DNA from: Escherichia phage vB_EcoM_Kelasse
Length of the DNA: 64,000 nt
Sequence record: MW749001.1
Reading direction: 5' to 3' (one strand)
Part shown: piece after piece, positions 7,282 through 19,295 of the stretch
Layout: each line of letters opens with the position of its first letter
How positions within the stretch are numbered: the stretch's first letter is position 1
Translations under genes and position numbers: made by a program
The notes under the pieces: generated by a model
Database searches by the model: none
The model's input: the letters and a program-made list of their open reading frames with translations, nothing else
Told to the model about the DNA's origin: nothing

Positions 7282-8992
7282 TAACCTTAATTGGTTTGTT
7301 GGTGTTGTTGAAGATAGAATGGACCCATTAAAATTAGGTCGTGTTCGTGTTCGTGTGGTTGGTCTGCATCCACCTCAAAGAGCGCAAGGCGATGTAATGG
7401 GTATTCCAACTGATAAATTACCATGGATGTCAGTTATTCAACCTATAACTTCTGCAGCAATGTCTGGAATTGGAGGCTCCGTTACTGGTCCGGTAGAAGG
7501 AACTAGAGTTTATGGTCATTTTTTAGACAAATGGAAAACTAACGGAATTGTCCTTGGCACATATGGCGGAATAGTTCGCGAAAAGCCTAATAGACTTGAA
7601 GGATTTTCTGACCCAACTGGACAGTATCCTAGACGTCTAGGAAATGATACTAACGTATTAAACCAAGGCGGAGAAGTAGGATATGATTCGTCTTCTAATA
7701 TTATCCAAGATAGCAATCTAGACACTGCGATAAATCCTGATGATAGACCATTATCAGAAATTCCAACTGATGATAATCCAAATATGTCAATGGCTGAAAT
7801 GCTTCGCCGCGATGAAGGATTAAGACTAAAAGTTTATTGGGATACTGAAGGATATCCGACAATTGGCATTGGTCATCTTATCATGAAGCAGCCAGTTCGT
7901 GATATGACTCAAATTAATAAAGTTTTATCAAAACAAGTTGGTCGTGAAATTACCGGAAATCCAGGTTCTATTACAATGGAAGAAGCGGTAACTTTATTTG
8001 AACGTGATTTGGCTGATATGCAACGCGACATTAAATCACATTCTAAAGTTGGCCCAGTTTGGCAAGCAGTTAATCGTTCTCGTCAAATGGCATTAGAAAA
8101 TATGGCATTTCAGATGGGTGTTGGCGGTGTAGCTAAATTTAACACAATGTTAACTGCTATGTTAGCCGGAGATTGGGAAAAAGCATATAAAGCTGGTCGT
8201 GATTCATTGTGGTATCAACAAACAAAAGGCCGTGCATCCCGTGTTACCATGATTATTCTTACGGGTAATTTGGAATCATACGGTATTGAAGTGAAAACAC
8301 CGGCTAGGTCTTTGTCAGCAATGGCTGCGACTGTAGCTAAATCTTCTGACCCTGCTGACCCTCCTATTCCAAATGACTCGAGAATTTTATTCAAAGAACC
8401 AGTTTCTTCATATAAAGGCGAATATCCTTATGTGCATACAATGGAAACTGAAAGTGGACATATTCAGGAATTTGATGATACCCCTGGGCAAGAACGATAT
8501 AGATTAGTTCATCCAACTGGAACTTATGAAGAAGTATCACCGTCAGGGAGAAGAACAAGAAAAACTGTTGATAATTTGTATGATATAACCAACGCTGATG
8601 GTAATTTTTTGGTAGCCGGCGATAAAAAGACTAACGTCGGTGGATCAGAAATTTATTACAACATGGATAATCGTCTTCACCAAATAGATGGAAGCAATAC
8701 AATATTTGTACGTGGCGATGAAACTAAGACAGTTGAAGGTAATGGAACTATCCTAGTTAAAGGTAATGTTACTATTGTAGTTGAAGGTAATGCTGACATT
8801 ACAGTTAAAGGAGATGCTACCACTTTAGTTGAAGGAAATCAGACTAATACAGTAAATGGAAATCTTTCTTGGAAAGTTGCTGGGACAGTTGATTGGGACG
8901 TTGGCGGTGATTGGACAGAAAAAATGGCATCTATGAGTTCTATTTCATCTGGTCAATACACAATTGATGGATCGAGGATTGACATTGGCTAA
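7265..8992 (+). CDS. 5: gp5 baseplate hub / cell-puncturing protein with lysozyme domain
   Basis: 575 aa. Central T4-lysozyme-like domain (AEMLRRDEGLRLKVYWDTEGYPTIGIGH) and C-terminal VEGN-type beta-helix repeats. Confidence 0.9.
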   Translation: MEMISNNLNWFVGVVEDRMDPLKLGRVRVRVVGLHPPQRAQGDVMGIPTDKLPWMSVIQPITSAAMSGIGGSVTGPVEGTRVYGHFLDKWKTNGIVLGTYGGIVREKPNRLEGFSDPTGQYPRRLGNDTNVLNQGGEVGYDSSSNIIQDSNLDTAINPDDRPLSEIPTDDNPNMSMAEMLRRDEGLRLKVYWDTEGYPTIGIGHLIMKQPVRDMTQINKVLSKQVGREITGNPGSITMEEAVTLFERDLADMQRDIKSHSKVGPVWQAVNRSRQMALENMAFQMGVGGVAKFNTMLTAMLAGDWEKAYKAGRDSLWYQQTKGRASRVTMIILTGNLESYGIEVKTPARSLSAMAATVAKSSDPADPPIPNDSRILFKEPVSSYKGEYPYVHTMETESGHIQEFDDTPGQERYRLVHPTGTYEEVSPSGRRTRKTVDNLYDITNADGNFLVAGDKKTNVGGSEIYYNMDNRLHQIDGSNTIFVRGDETKTVEGNGTILVKGNVTIVVEGNADITVKGDATTLVEGNQTNTVNGNLSWKVAGTVDWDVGGDWTEKMASMSSISSGQYTIDGSRIDIG

Positions 8993-9026
8993 TATACTTC
9001 CAATGAGCGCTGATTTAGGAGAATCC

Positions 9027-9521
9027 ATGGAAGGTTCTTCTATCGACGTCACCTTTACCGCTCAATTAGAAACAGGTGAAACGTTAGTATCTATAAATAT
9101 AACTAGTTACGAAGAAACTCCTGGGGTTTTAGTAGAAGAAAATCTCTTATATGGAACATATGAATCTGTATTTGGTTTCGGAAATGACGCGTTGAAATAT
9201 CGTTTAGGCGATGAATTTAAAACTGCTGCTTCATGGGAAGACCTTCCAACTGATTCTAATACTCAGTTATATTTATGGAAAGCTCCTCAAAACCTCCAGA
9301 AGACATTCACTTACGAAGTAACATTAATATATGACTACCAAGAACAAAGTGAATCTGGAGGTTCTGGCAGTAATTCTAGGTCATCTTCTGATACTACTGA
9401 ACCAACGGATCCTCCTGCTCCAATAAGAAAAACTCTCGTTAAAAATTATACAAAAACTATAGTTGGAAATTGGAGTCGTTGGGCTAATAAATTGAGAAGC
9501 TACGTGTATGAGAGGCCATAA
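9027..9521 (+). CDS. gp5.1-like hypothetical protein
   Basis: ORF opens at 8964 overlapping gene 5; the ATG at 9027 has an AGGAGA Shine-Dalgarno. Ser/Thr/Pro-rich C-terminus. Confidence 0.5.
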
Positions 9522-9815
9522 ATGTCAGGATTGAGTTATGATAAGTGTGTTACTGCCGGCCATGAAGCATGGCCTCCAACAGTTGTGAATGCTACACAAA
9601 GTAAAGTATTCACTGGAGGAATTGCTGTTCTCGTAGCAGGTGATCCAATTACAGAACACACAGAAATTAAAAAGCCATATGAAACACATGGCGGAGTGAC
9701 ACAACCTAGAACTTCTAAGGTATATGTCACTGGAAAGAAAGCTGTTCAAATGGCTGATCCAATATCATGTGGTGATACTGTGGCTCAGGCATCATCTAAA
9801 GTATTCATTAAATAG
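9522..9815 (+). CDS. 5.4: gp5.4 PAAR-repeat spike-tip protein
   Basis: 97 aa, Gly/Val-rich, directly after gene 5/5.1 as in T4. Confidence 0.7.
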
Positions 9816-9823
9816 GATTTAAA

Positions 9824-11806
9824 ATGGCAAATACCCCTGTAAATTATCAATTAACAAGAACAGCAAATGCTATTCCCGAGATATTCGTCGGGGGTACATT
9901 TGCTGAAATAAAACAAAACCTCATTGAATGGCTTAATGGTCAAAATGAATTTTTGGATTATGATTTTGAAGGCTCAAGATTAAACGTTCTGTGCGACCTT
10001 TTGGCTTATAATACATTGTACATTCAGCAGTTTGGTAATGCTGCCTTGTATGAAAGCTTTATGCGTACTGCTAATTTGCGTAGTTCAGTAGTTCAAGCTG
10101 CACAAGATAATGGATATTTACCTACTTCAAAATCAGCTGCTCAAACTGAAATTATGCTAACTTGTACAGATGCATTGAATAGAAATTACATTACTATTCC
10201 TCGTGGTACTCGCTTTTTAGCATACGCAAAAGATACTTCCGTTAATCCTTACAACTTTGTATCTACCGAAGATGTTATTGCTATTCGTGATAAAAATAAC
10301 CAATATTTTCCACGTTTGAAATTAGCCCAGGGGCGTATAGTAAGAACTGAAATCATTTATGATAAATTAACACCTATTATCATTTATGACAAAAATATAG
10401 ATAGAAACCAAGTTAAACTATACGTTGATGGAGCAGAATGGATTAACTGGACAAGAAAGTCAATGGTTCACGCTGGTTCTACATCGACAATTTACTACAT
10501 GCGTGAAACTATTGATGGAAATACTGAGTTTTATTTTGGTGAAGGTGAGATTTCTGTTAATGCGGCAGAAGGAGCATTGACTGCTAATTATATTGGAGGT
10601 CTTAAACCTACCCAGAACTCTACGGTTGTTATTGAGTACATCAGTACTAACGGTGCAGATGCGAATGGCGCAGTCGGATTTTCATATGCAGATACATTAA
10701 CAAATATAACTGTCATCAACATTAATGAAAATCCAAACGATGACCCAGATTTTGTTGGGGCAGATGGCGGCGGCGATCCAGAAGATATTGAACGTATTCG
10801 CGAATTGGGTACTATTAAACGCGAAACCCAGCAACGCTGCGTAACTGCGACTGACTATGATACATTCGTTTCAGAGAGATTTGGTTCTATTATTCAAGCA
10901 GTTCAGACTTTCACTGATTCTACTAAACCTGGGTATGCATTTATTGCTGCTAAACCTAAATCAGGATTGTATTTAACTACTGTGCAACGTGAAGATATTA
11001 AAAATTATCTCAAAGACTATAATTTAGCTCCTATTACGCCATCAATTATTTCTCCTAATTATCTTTTTATTAAGACTAATTTAAAAGTCACATATGCTTT
11101 AAATAAGCTGCAAGAATCCGAACAGTGGCTCGAAGGTCAAATAATTGATAAAATTGATCGTTATTATACCGAAGATGTAGAAATTTTCAACTCGTCTTTT
11201 GCCAAGTCTAAGATGTTGACATATGTAGATGATGCAGATCATTCTATCATTGGTTCATCAGCGACAATTCAAATTGTTCGTGAAGTACAAAACTTCTATA
11301 AAACGCCTGAAGCAGGTATTAAATACAATAATCAAATAAAAGATCGTTCTATGGAATCTAATACGTTTTCATTTAATTCTGGACGAAAGGTTGTAAATCC
11401 TGATACTGGTTTAGAAGAAGATGTATTATATGACGTTCGCATAGTATCAACAGACCGAGATTCTAAAGGAATTGGTAAAGTTATTATTGGTCCATTTGCT
11501 TCTGGCGATGTTACAGAAAATGAAAACATTCAGCCGTATACAGGCAACGATTTTAACAAATTAGCAAATTCTGATGGACGCGACAAATACTATGTTATCG
11601 GTGAAATAAATTACCCAGCTGATGTGATTTATTGGAATATCGCTAAAATTAATTTAACATCTGAAAAATTTGAAGTTCAGACTATTGAATTATATTCTGA
11701 CCCAACCGATGATGTTATCTTTACTCGCGATGGTTCACTGATTGTATTTGAAAATGACTTACGCCCACAATACTTAACTATCGATTTGGAGCCTATATCA
11801 CAATGA
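9824..11806 (+). CDS. 6: gp6 baseplate wedge protein
   Basis: 660 aa; T4 size and position. Confidence 0.85.
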   Translation: MANTPVNYQLTRTANAIPEIFVGGTFAEIKQNLIEWLNGQNEFLDYDFEGSRLNVLCDLLAYNTLYIQQFGNAALYESFMRTANLRSSVVQAAQDNGYLPTSKSAAQTEIMLTCTDALNRNYITIPRGTRFLAYAKDTSVNPYNFVSTEDVIAIRDKNNQYFPRLKLAQGRIVRTEIIYDKLTPIIIYDKNIDRNQVKLYVDGAEWINWTRKSMVHAGSTSTIYYMRETIDGNTEFYFGEGEISVNAAEGALTANYIGGLKPTQNSTVVIEYISTNGADANGAVGFSYADTLTNITVININENPNDDPDFVGADGGGDPEDIERIRELGTIKRETQQRCVTATDYDTFVSERFGSIIQAVQTFTDSTKPGYAFIAAKPKSGLYLTTVQREDIKNYLKDYNLAPITPSIISPNYLFIKTNLKVTYALNKLQESEQWLEGQIIDKIDRYYTEDVEIFNSSFAKSKMLTYVDDADHSIIGSSATIQIVREVQNFYKTPEAGIKYNNQIKDRSMESNTFSFNSGRKVVNPDTGLEEDVLYDVRIVSTDRDSKGIGKVIIGPFASGDVTENENIQPYTGNDFNKLANSDGRDKYYVIGEINYPADVIYWNIAKINLTSEKFEVQTIELYSDPTDDVIFTRDGSLIVFENDLRPQYLTIDLEPISQ

Positions 11807-14800
11807 CAGTAAAAGCACCTTCAGTCACTAGTCTCAGAATTTCCAAGTTATCCGCAAATCAGGTGCAAGTACGCTGGGATGACGTTGGTGCTAATTTCTA
11901 CTATTTTGTAGAAATCGCTGAGACAAAAACAAACTCGGGGGAAAATCTCCCGAGTAATCAATACAGATGGATTAACTTAGGATATACTGCAAATAACAGC
12001 TTCTTTTTTGATGATGCTGATCCATTGACATCATACATTATCAGAGTAGCCACAGCTGCGCAAGATTTTGAGCAGTCTGATTGGATTTATACCGAAGAGT
12101 TTGAAACTTTTGCTACAAATGCTTATACATTTCAAAACATGATTGAAATGCAATTAGCCAATAAATTCATTCAGGAAAAATTTACTCTTAATAATTCTGA
12201 TTATGTTAATTTTAATAATGACACTATAATGGCTGCATTGATGAATGAATCGTTTCAATTCAGCCCATCATATGTTGATGTTTCATCAATAAGTAATTTT
12301 ATTATTGGTGAAAATGAGTATCATGAAATACAAGGTTCTATTCAGCAGGTATGTAAGGATATTAACCGAGTTTATTTGATGGAATCAGAAGGGATTCTAT
12401 ATCTTTTTGAGCGTTATCAACCTGTAGTTAAAGTATCTAATGATAAAGGACAAACCTGGAAAGCTGTGAAGCTCTTCAATGACCGCGTAGGATATCCTTT
12501 ATCTAAGACAGTATATTACCAATCTGCGAACACAACATACGTTCTAGGATACGACAAGATTTTCTATGGCCGCAAATCGACTGATGTTAGATGGTCAGCT
12601 GACGATGTCAGATTTAGTTCTCAGGATATAACATTCGCTAAACTTGGCGACCAATTACATTTAGGATTTGATGTAGAAATTTTTGCCACTTACGCGACTT
12701 TGCCAGCGAATGTATACCGCATTGCAGAAGCTATTACTTGCACCGATGATTACATTTACGTTGTCGCCAGAGACAAAGTTAGATACATAAAAACGAGTAA
12801 TGCACCTATAGATTCTGATCCATTATCTCCAACATATTCGGAAAGGCTTTTTGAACCTGATACAATGACTATAACCGGAAATCCTAAAGCAGTATGCTAT
12901 AAAATGGATTCTATCGGTGATAAAGTTTTTGCTCTTATTATTGGTGAAGTTGAAACACTAAATGCTAATCCTAGAACATCAAAAATAATTGATTCTGCTG
13001 ATAAAGGAATATATGTTTTAAATCATGACACAAAAACATGGAAAAGAGTTTTTGGCAACACTGAAGAAGAAAGAAGACGTATTCAACCCGGATATGCGAA
13101 TATGTCAACTGATGGTAAATTAGTTTCTCTGTCTTCGAGTAATTTTAAATTTTTAAGTGATAACGTTGTTAATGACCCTGAAACTGCTGTAAAATACCAG
13201 TTAATCGGTGCTGTTAAATATGAATTTCCTCGCGAATGGTTAGCTGATAAACATTATCATATGATGGCGTTTATAGCGGATGAAAAATCTGATTGGGAAA
13301 CTTTTACTCCTCAGCCGATGAAATACTACGCAGAACCGTTCTTTAACTGGTCTAAAAAATCTAACACACGTTGTTGGATAAACAACTCCGATAGGGTTGT
13401 AGTAGTTTATGCTGATTTAAAATACACTAAAGTTATAGAAAATATTCCGGAAACATCACCAGATAGATTAGTTCATGAATACTGGGATGATGGCGATTGT
13501 ACTATAGTAATGCCAAATGTTAAATTCACTGGATTTAAAAAATATGCATCTGGGATGCTTTTCTATAAAGCCTCTGGTGAAATAATTTCTTACTATGATT
13601 TTAACTATCGTGTTAGAGACACTGTCGAAATTATTTGGAAGCCAACTGAAGTATTTTTAAAAGCATTTTTACAAAACCAAGAGCATGAAACTCCTTGGTC
13701 GCCCGAAGAAGAGCGTGGATTAGCTGACCCTGATTTAAGACCATTGATTGGCACAATGATGCCTGATTCTTATTTGTTGCAGGATTCGAATTTTGAGGCA
13801 TTTTGCGAAGCATATATTCAGTATCTTTCTGATGGATATGGAACTCAGTATAACAATTTACGAAATTTAATTCGTAACAAATATCCACGAGAAGAGCATG
13901 CATGGGAATATTTGTGGTCAGAGATATATAAAAGAAACATTTATTTAAATGCTGACAAACGTGATGCTGTTACAAGATTTTTCGAATCACGTAGCTATGA
14001 TTTTTATTCTACTAAAGGAATTGAAGCATCATACAAATTTCTTTTTAAAGTTCTTTATAATGAAGAGGTTGAAATTGAAATTGAATCTGGAGCTGGTACT
14101 GAATATGATATAATCGTTCAATCCGATTCTTTGACTGAAGATTTAGTAGGACAAACGATTTATACAGCTACAGGAAGATGTAATGTTACTTATATAGAAA
14201 GAAGCTATTCTAACGGTAAATTACAATGGACCGTAACTATTCATAATCTTTTGGGAAGATTAATTGCCGGTCAAGAAGTTAAAGCAGAAAGACTCCCTAG
14301 TTTTGAAGGCGAAATTATTCGCGGGGTTAAAGGGAAGGATTTGCTTCAAAATAATATAGACTATATTAATAGAAGTCGATCATATTATGTAATGAAAATT
14401 AAATCCAATTTACCTTCTTCCCGCTGGAAATCTGACGTTATTCGTTTTGTTCATCCAGTAGGATTTGGATTTATAGCAATTACCCTTTTAACAATGTTTA
14501 TTAATGTTGGTTTAACTCTTAAACATACAGAGACTATAATTAATAAATACAAAAACTACAAATGGGATTCTGGATTGCCTACTGAATATGCTGATAGAGT
14601 AGCTAAATTAACTCCAACCGGTGAAATTGAGCATGATTCGGTAACAGGCGAAGCAATTTATGAGCCTGGCCCAATGGCTGGCGTAGAATATCCTCTTCCT
14701 GATGACTATAATGCTGAAAATAACAATTCAATATTTCAAGGTCAATTGCCGTCTGAACGACGTAAATTAATGAGTCCTTTATTCGATGCATCTGGAACAA

Positions 14801-14901
14801 CATTTGCACAATTTAGGGATTTAGTTAATAAACGTCTAAAAGATAATATAGGAAATCCAAGAGACCCTGAAAATCCAACACAGGTTAAAATAGATGAATG
14901 A
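11803..14901 (+). CDS. 7: gp7 baseplate wedge protein
   Basis: 1032 aa; T4 size and position. Confidence 0.85.
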   Translation: MTVKAPSVTSLRISKLSANQVQVRWDDVGANFYYFVEIAETKTNSGENLPSNQYRWINLGYTANNSFFFDDADPLTSYIIRVATAAQDFEQSDWIYTEEFETFATNAYTFQNMIEMQLANKFIQEKFTLNNSDYVNFNNDTIMAALMNESFQFSPSYVDVSSISNFIIGENEYHEIQGSIQQVCKDINRVYLMESEGILYLFERYQPVVKVSNDKGQTWKAVKLFNDRVGYPLSKTVYYQSANTTYVLGYDKIFYGRKSTDVRWSADDVRFSSQDITFAKLGDQLHLGFDVEIFATYATLPANVYRIAEAITCTDDYIYVVARDKVRYIKTSNAPIDSDPLSPTYSERLFEPDTMTITGNPKAVCYKMDSIGDKVFALIIGEVETLNANPRTSKIIDSADKGIYVLNHDTKTWKRVFGNTEEERRRIQPGYANMSTDGKLVSLSSSNFKFLSDNVVNDPETAVKYQLIGAVKYEFPREWLADKHYHMMAFIADEKSDWETFTPQPMKYYAEPFFNWSKKSNTRCWINNSDRVVVVYADLKYTKVIENIPETSPDRLVHEYWDDGDCTIVMPNVKFTGFKKYASGMLFYKASGEIISYYDFNYRVRDTVEIIWKPTEVFLKAFLQNQEHETPWSPEEERGLADPDLRPLIGTMMPDSYLLQDSNFEAFCEAYIQYLSDGYGTQYNNLRNLIRNKYPREEHAWEYLWSEIYKRNIYLNADKRDAVTRFFESRSYDFYSTKGIEASYKFLFKVLYNEEVEIEIESGAGTEYDIIVQSDSLTEDLVGQTIYTATGRCNVTYIERSYSNGKLQWTVTIHNLLGRLIAGQEVKAERLPSFEGEIIRGVKGKDLLQNNIDYINRSRSYYVMKIKSNLPSSRWKSDVIRFVHPVGFGFIAITLLTMFINVGLTLKHTETIINKYKNYKWDSGLPTEYADRVAKLTPTGEIEHDSVTGEAIYEPGPMAGVEYPLPDDYNAENNNSIFQGQLPSERRKLMSPLFDASGTTFAQFRDLVNKRLKDNIGNPRDPENPTQVKIDE

Positions 14902-15898
14902 TTCAAGTGTTATCTATCGTGCGATAGTTACTTCAAAATTTAGAACAGAAAAAATGTTGAATTTTTATAATTCAATTGGAAGTGGTCCGGATAAAAACAC
15001 TATCTTTATCACATTTGGAAGATCAGAACCGTGGTCATCAAATGAAAATGAGGTGGGCTTTGCTCCACCTTATCCAACCGATTCTGTATTAGGTGTAACT
15101 GACATGTGGACTCATATGATGGGAACCGTAAAGGTTCTTCCATCTATGCTTGATGCAGTTATTCCTCGTAGAGATTGGGGAGATACTAGATATCCGGATC
15201 CATACACATTTAGAATTAACGATATTGTAGTGTGTAACTCAGCTCCTTACAATGCTACTGAATCAGGCGCAGGCTGGTTAGTATATCGTTGTTTAGATGT
15301 TCCTGATACCGGAATGTGTTCAATAGCATCTTTAACTGATAAAGATGAATGCCTTAAGTTAGGTGGAAAATGGACTCCTTCTGTTAGGTCAATGACTCCT
15401 CCTGAAGGTCGAGGAGACGCGGAAGGAACAATCGAACCCGGCGACGGATATGTTTGGGAATATCTTTTTGAGATTCCGCCTGATGTATCTATAAATAGAT
15501 GCACGAATGAATATATCGTGGTTCCTTGGCCTGAGGAATTAAAAGAAGACCCAGCTAGATGGGGGTATGAAGATAATCTCACTTGGCAACAAGATGATTT
15601 TGGATTAATTTACCGTGTTAAGGCAAATACTATCCGTTTTAAAGCATATTTAGATTCAGTTTATTTTCCTGAGGCTGCATTGCCGGGAAATAAAGGATTT
15701 AGACAAATATCAATAATCACGAATCCTCTTGAAGCTAAAGCTCATCCAAATGACCCAAACGTTAAAGCTGAAAAGGATTATTATGATCCGGAAGATTTAA
15801 TGAGGCATTCGGGCGAAATGATTTATATGGAAAATAGGCCACCTATTATCATGGCAATGGATCAAACAGAAGAAATCAATATTCTGTTTACATTTTAA
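14894..15898 (+). CDS. 8: gp8 baseplate wedge protein
   Basis: 334 aa; T4 size and position. Confidence 0.85.
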   Translation: MNDSSVIYRAIVTSKFRTEKMLNFYNSIGSGPDKNTIFITFGRSEPWSSNENEVGFAPPYPTDSVLGVTDMWTHMMGTVKVLPSMLDAVIPRRDWGDTRYPDPYTFRINDIVVCNSAPYNATESGAGWLVYRCLDVPDTGMCSIASLTDKDECLKLGGKWTPSVRSMTPPEGRGDAEGTIEPGDGYVWEYLFEIPPDVSINRCTNEYIVVPWPEELKEDPARWGYEDNLTWQQDDFGLIYRVKANTIRFKAYLDSVYFPEAALPGNKGFRQISIITNPLEAKAHPNDPNVKAEKDYYDPEDLMRHSGEMIYMENRPPIIMAMDQTEEINILFTF

Positions 15899-15903
15899 CT
15901 TAA

Positions 15904-15926
15904 GGGAGCCCATGGGCTCCCTTTTT
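15904..15926 (+). terminator. Rho-independent terminator after gene 8
   Basis: GGGAGCC-CATG-GGCTCCC hairpin followed by TTTTT. Confidence 0.65.
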
Positions 15927-15929
15927 CTT

Positions 15930-15937
15930 TATAAATA
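15930..15937 (+). promoter_or_regulatory. Late promoter TATAAATA for gene 9
   Basis: Exact TATAAATA about 25 nt upstream of the gene 9 ATG. Confidence 0.7.
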
Positions 15938-15961
15938 CTATAAACTCATAAGGAAACCGCT

Positions 15962-16828
15962 ATGTTCATTCAAGAACCAAAGAAATTGATTGATACCGGC
16001 GAAATTGGTAACGCTTCTACTGGTGATATCTTATTCGACGGTGGTAATAAAATTAATAGTGATTTTAACGCAATTTATAATGCGTTTGGCGATCAACGTA
16101 AAATGGCAGTAGCAAATGGAACTGGAGCAGATGGTCAAATTATCCATGCTACTGGATATTATCAAAAACACTCTATTGCAGAGTACGCAACTCCAGTAAA
16201 AGTTGGCACTAGGCATGATATTGATACCTCTACTGTAGGTGTTAAAGTTATCATTGAAAGAGGCGAACTTGGCGACTGCGTTGAATTTATTAACTCAAAT
16301 GGATCTATATCAGTTACTAATCCTTTAACAATTCAAGCCATTGATTCAATTAAAGGTGTTTCGGGTAATTTAGTAGTAACTAGCCCATATAGTAAAGTAA
16401 CTTTACGCTGTATTTCATCTGATAATTCTACATCGGTTTGGAATTATTCTATTGAAAGCATGTTTGGACAAAAGGAATCACCAGCTGAAGGTACATGGAA
16501 TATTTCTACATCCGGATCAGTTGATATTCCATTATTTCATCGCACTGAATACAATATGGCTAAATTGCTAGTTACATGCCAATCAGTAGATGGAAGAAAA
16601 ATTAAAACAGCAGAAATAAATATTCTTGTGGATACTGTTAATTCAGAGGTCATTTCTTCTGAATATGCTGTCATGCGAGTTGGGAATGAAACCGAAGAAG
16701 ACGAAATCGCTAATATTGCATTTAGTATTAAAGAAAATTATGTAACGGCGACTATAAGTTCTCCAACTGTCGGTATGAGAGCAGCAGTTAAAGTTATCGC
16801 TACGCAGAAAATCGGGGTGGCTCAATAA
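15962..16828 (+). CDS. 9: gp9 baseplate protein, long-tail-fiber socket
   Basis: 288 aa; T4 size and position. Confidence 0.85.
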   Translation: MFIQEPKKLIDTGEIGNASTGDILFDGGNKINSDFNAIYNAFGDQRKMAVANGTGADGQIIHATGYYQKHSIAEYATPVKVGTRHDIDTSTVGVKVIIERGELGDCVEFINSNGSISVTNPLTIQAIDSIKGVSGNLVVTSPYSKVTLRCISSDNSTSVWNYSIESMFGQKESPAEGTWNISTSGSVDIPLFHRTEYNMAKLLVTCQSVDGRKIKTAEINILVDTVNSEVISSEYAVMRVGNETEEDEIANIAFSIKENYVTATISSPTVGMRAAVKVIATQKIGVAQ

Positions 16829-18636
16829 TGAAACAAAATATTAATATCGGTAATGTTGTTGATGATGGTACCGGTGACTACCTGCGTAAAGGTGGTATAA
16901 AAATAAATGAAAACTTTGATGAGCTTTATTATGAGCTTGGTGATGGAGATGTTCCATATTCAGCCGGTGCCTGGAAAACTTATGATGCTTCATCTGGCCA
17001 AACACTAAAAGCTGAGTGGGGGAAATCATACGCTATTAATACCTCTTCTGGAAGAGTAACTATAAATCTTCCAAAAGGAACTGTCAATGATTACAACAAG
17101 GTAATTAGAGCCAGAGACGTATTTGCTACATGGAACGTTAATCCAGTTACACTGGTAGCTGCTTCCGGTGATACGATTAAAGGGTCTGCAGTACCAGTTG
17201 AAATTAATGTTCAATTCAGCGATTTAGAATTAGTGTATTGTGCCCCAGGACGTTGGGAATATGTCAAAAATAAACAAATTGACAAAATTACCAGTTCAGA
17301 CATTAGTAATGTAGCTCGTAAAGAATTTTTAGTCGAAGTCCAAGGACAAACAGACTTTTTAGATGTTTTCCGTGGAACCAGTTATAATGTAAATAACATC
17401 AGAGTAAAACATCGTGGTAACGAATTATATTATGGCGATGTATTTAGCGAAAACAGCGATTTTGGCTCTCCGGGCGAAAATGAAGGAGAACTGGTTCCTC
17501 TTGATGGATTTAATATTCGATTAAGACAGCCTTGTAATATTGGTGACACTGTTCAAATTGAAACATTTATGGATGGTGTATCGCAGTGGAGAAGTTCATA
17601 TACAAGACGTCAAATTAGATTGTTAGATTCAAAATTAACGTCAAAAACTTCTTTAGAAGGAAGCATTTACGTTACTGATTTATCAACAATGAAATCAATT
17701 CCGTTTTCAGCTTTTGGATTAATTCCAGGTGAACCTATTAATCCTAATTCTCTCGAGGTCCGTTTTAATGGAATTTTACAAGAATTGGCTGGAACAGTTG
17801 GAATGCCATTATTTCATTGCGTTGGTGCCGATTCAGACGATGAAGTAGAATGCTCTGTTTTAGGTGGAACTTGGGAACAGTCTCATACTGACTATTCAGT
17901 TGAAACTGATGAAAACGGCATACCAGAAACATTGCACTTCGATAGAGTATTTGAGCATGGCGACATTATCAATATCACCTGGTTTAATAATGATTTAGGT
18001 ACATTATTAACAAAAGATGAGATTATTGATGAAACTGATAATCTCTATGTATCACAAGGACCGGGAGTAGATATTTCTGGCGATGTAAATTTAACAGACT
18101 TCGATAAAATTGGTTGGCCAAATGTAGAAGCAGTTCAATCTTATCAACGTGAATTTAATGCTGTTTCAAATATCTTTGATACGATTTATCCTATTGGAAC
18201 TATATATGAAAACGCTGTTAATCCAAATAACCCTGTTACATATATGGGATTCGGCTCATGGAAATTATTTGGGCAAGGAAAAGTTTTAGTTGGATGGAAT
18301 GAAGATATTTCGGACCCTAACTTTGCTCTAAATAACAACGATTTAGATTCTGGCGGAAATCCTTCGCATACTGCAGGTGGAACAGGTGGTTCTACTTCTG
18401 TTACATTGGAAAATGCTAATCTTCCTGCAACTGAAACAGATGAAGAAGTTCTAATAGTTGATGAAAATGGATCAGTCATTGTTGGTGGGTGTCAATACGA
18501 TCCAGATGAATCCGGTCCAATTTACACTAAATACCGTGAAGCTAAAGCATCTACTAACTCTACTCACACTCCGCCAACATCAATAACTAACATTCAACCA
18601 TATATTACAGTTTATCGTTGGATAAGGATTGCATAA
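16828..18636 (+). CDS. 10: gp10 baseplate wedge protein
   Basis: 602 aa; T4 size and position. Confidence 0.85.
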   Translation: MKQNINIGNVVDDGTGDYLRKGGIKINENFDELYYELGDGDVPYSAGAWKTYDASSGQTLKAEWGKSYAINTSSGRVTINLPKGTVNDYNKVIRARDVFATWNVNPVTLVAASGDTIKGSAVPVEINVQFSDLELVYCAPGRWEYVKNKQIDKITSSDISNVARKEFLVEVQGQTDFLDVFRGTSYNVNNIRVKHRGNELYYGDVFSENSDFGSPGENEGELVPLDGFNIRLRQPCNIGDTVQIETFMDGVSQWRSSYTRRQIRLLDSKLTSKTSLEGSIYVTDLSTMKSIPFSAFGLIPGEPINPNSLEVRFNGILQELAGTVGMPLFHCVGADSDDEVECSVLGGTWEQSHTDYSVETDENGIPETLHFDRVFEHGDIINITWFNNDLGTLLTKDEIIDETDNLYVSQGPGVDISGDVNLTDFDKIGWPNVEAVQSYQREFNAVSNIFDTIYPIGTIYENAVNPNNPVTYMGFGSWKLFGQGKVLVGWNEDISDPNFALNNNDLDSGGNPSHTAGGTGGSTSVTLENANLPATETDEEVLIVDENGSVIVGGCQYDPDESGPIYTKYREAKASTNSTHTPPTSITNIQPYITVYRWIRIA

Positions 18637-19295
18637 TGAGTTTACTTAATAATAAAGCGGGAGTTATTTCCCGCTTAGCCGATTTTCTTGGTTTTAGACC
18701 TAAAGCTGGTAATATAGATGTAATGAATCGTCAATCAGTTGGGTCAGTGACAATTTCTCAATTAGCGAAAGGATTCTATGAACCAAACGTAGAATCAGCT
18801 ATTAATGATGTTCATAATTTTTCTATAAAAGACATTGGTACAATTATTACTAATAAAACTGGTGTTTCTCCTGAGGGTGTTTCTCAAACTGATTATTGGG
18901 CATTTTCTGGAACTGTAACAGACGATTCTCTTCCTCCGGGTTCTCCTGTCACAGTATTAGTATTTGGTCTTCCAGTTTCAGCAACAACTGGAATGACGGC
19001 AATTGAGTTTGTTGCAAAAGTTCGTGTTGCCCTTCAAGAAGCTATTGCGTCATTTACTGCTATCAACTCATATAAAGACCATCCGACAGATGGTAGTAAA
19101 TTAGAAGTTACTTATTTAGATAATCAAAAACATGTATTAAGCACATATTCTACATATGGAATAACTATTTCACAGGAAATTATTTCTGAGTCTAAACCTG
19201 GCTACGGTACATGGAATTTATTAGGCGCACAAACTGTAACTTTAGATAATCAGCAGACTCCTACAGTACTTTATCATTTTGAGAGAACAGCATGA
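18636..19295 (+). CDS. 11: gp11 baseplate wedge / short-tail-fiber attachment protein
   Basis: ORF opens at 18618; the ATG at 18636 overlaps the gene 10 stop (ATAATG) and gives 219 aa, the T4 gp11 length. Confidence 0.8.
   Translation: MSLLNNKAGVISRLADFLGFRPKAGNIDVMNRQSVGSVTISQLAKGFYEPNVESAINDVHNFSIKDIGTIITNKTGVSPEGVSQTDYWAFSGTVTDDSLPPGSPVTVLVFGLPVSATTGMTAIEFVAKVRVALQEAIASFTAINSYKDHPTDGSKLEVTYLDNQKHVLSTYSTYGITISQEIISESKPGYGTWNLLGAQTVTLDNQQTPTVLYHFERTA

Noticed and set aside
8700-8950. Short direct repeats near the end of gene 5 (VEGN-type units)
   Set aside because: These encode the known beta-helix repeats of the gp5 needle, not a separate repeat element.
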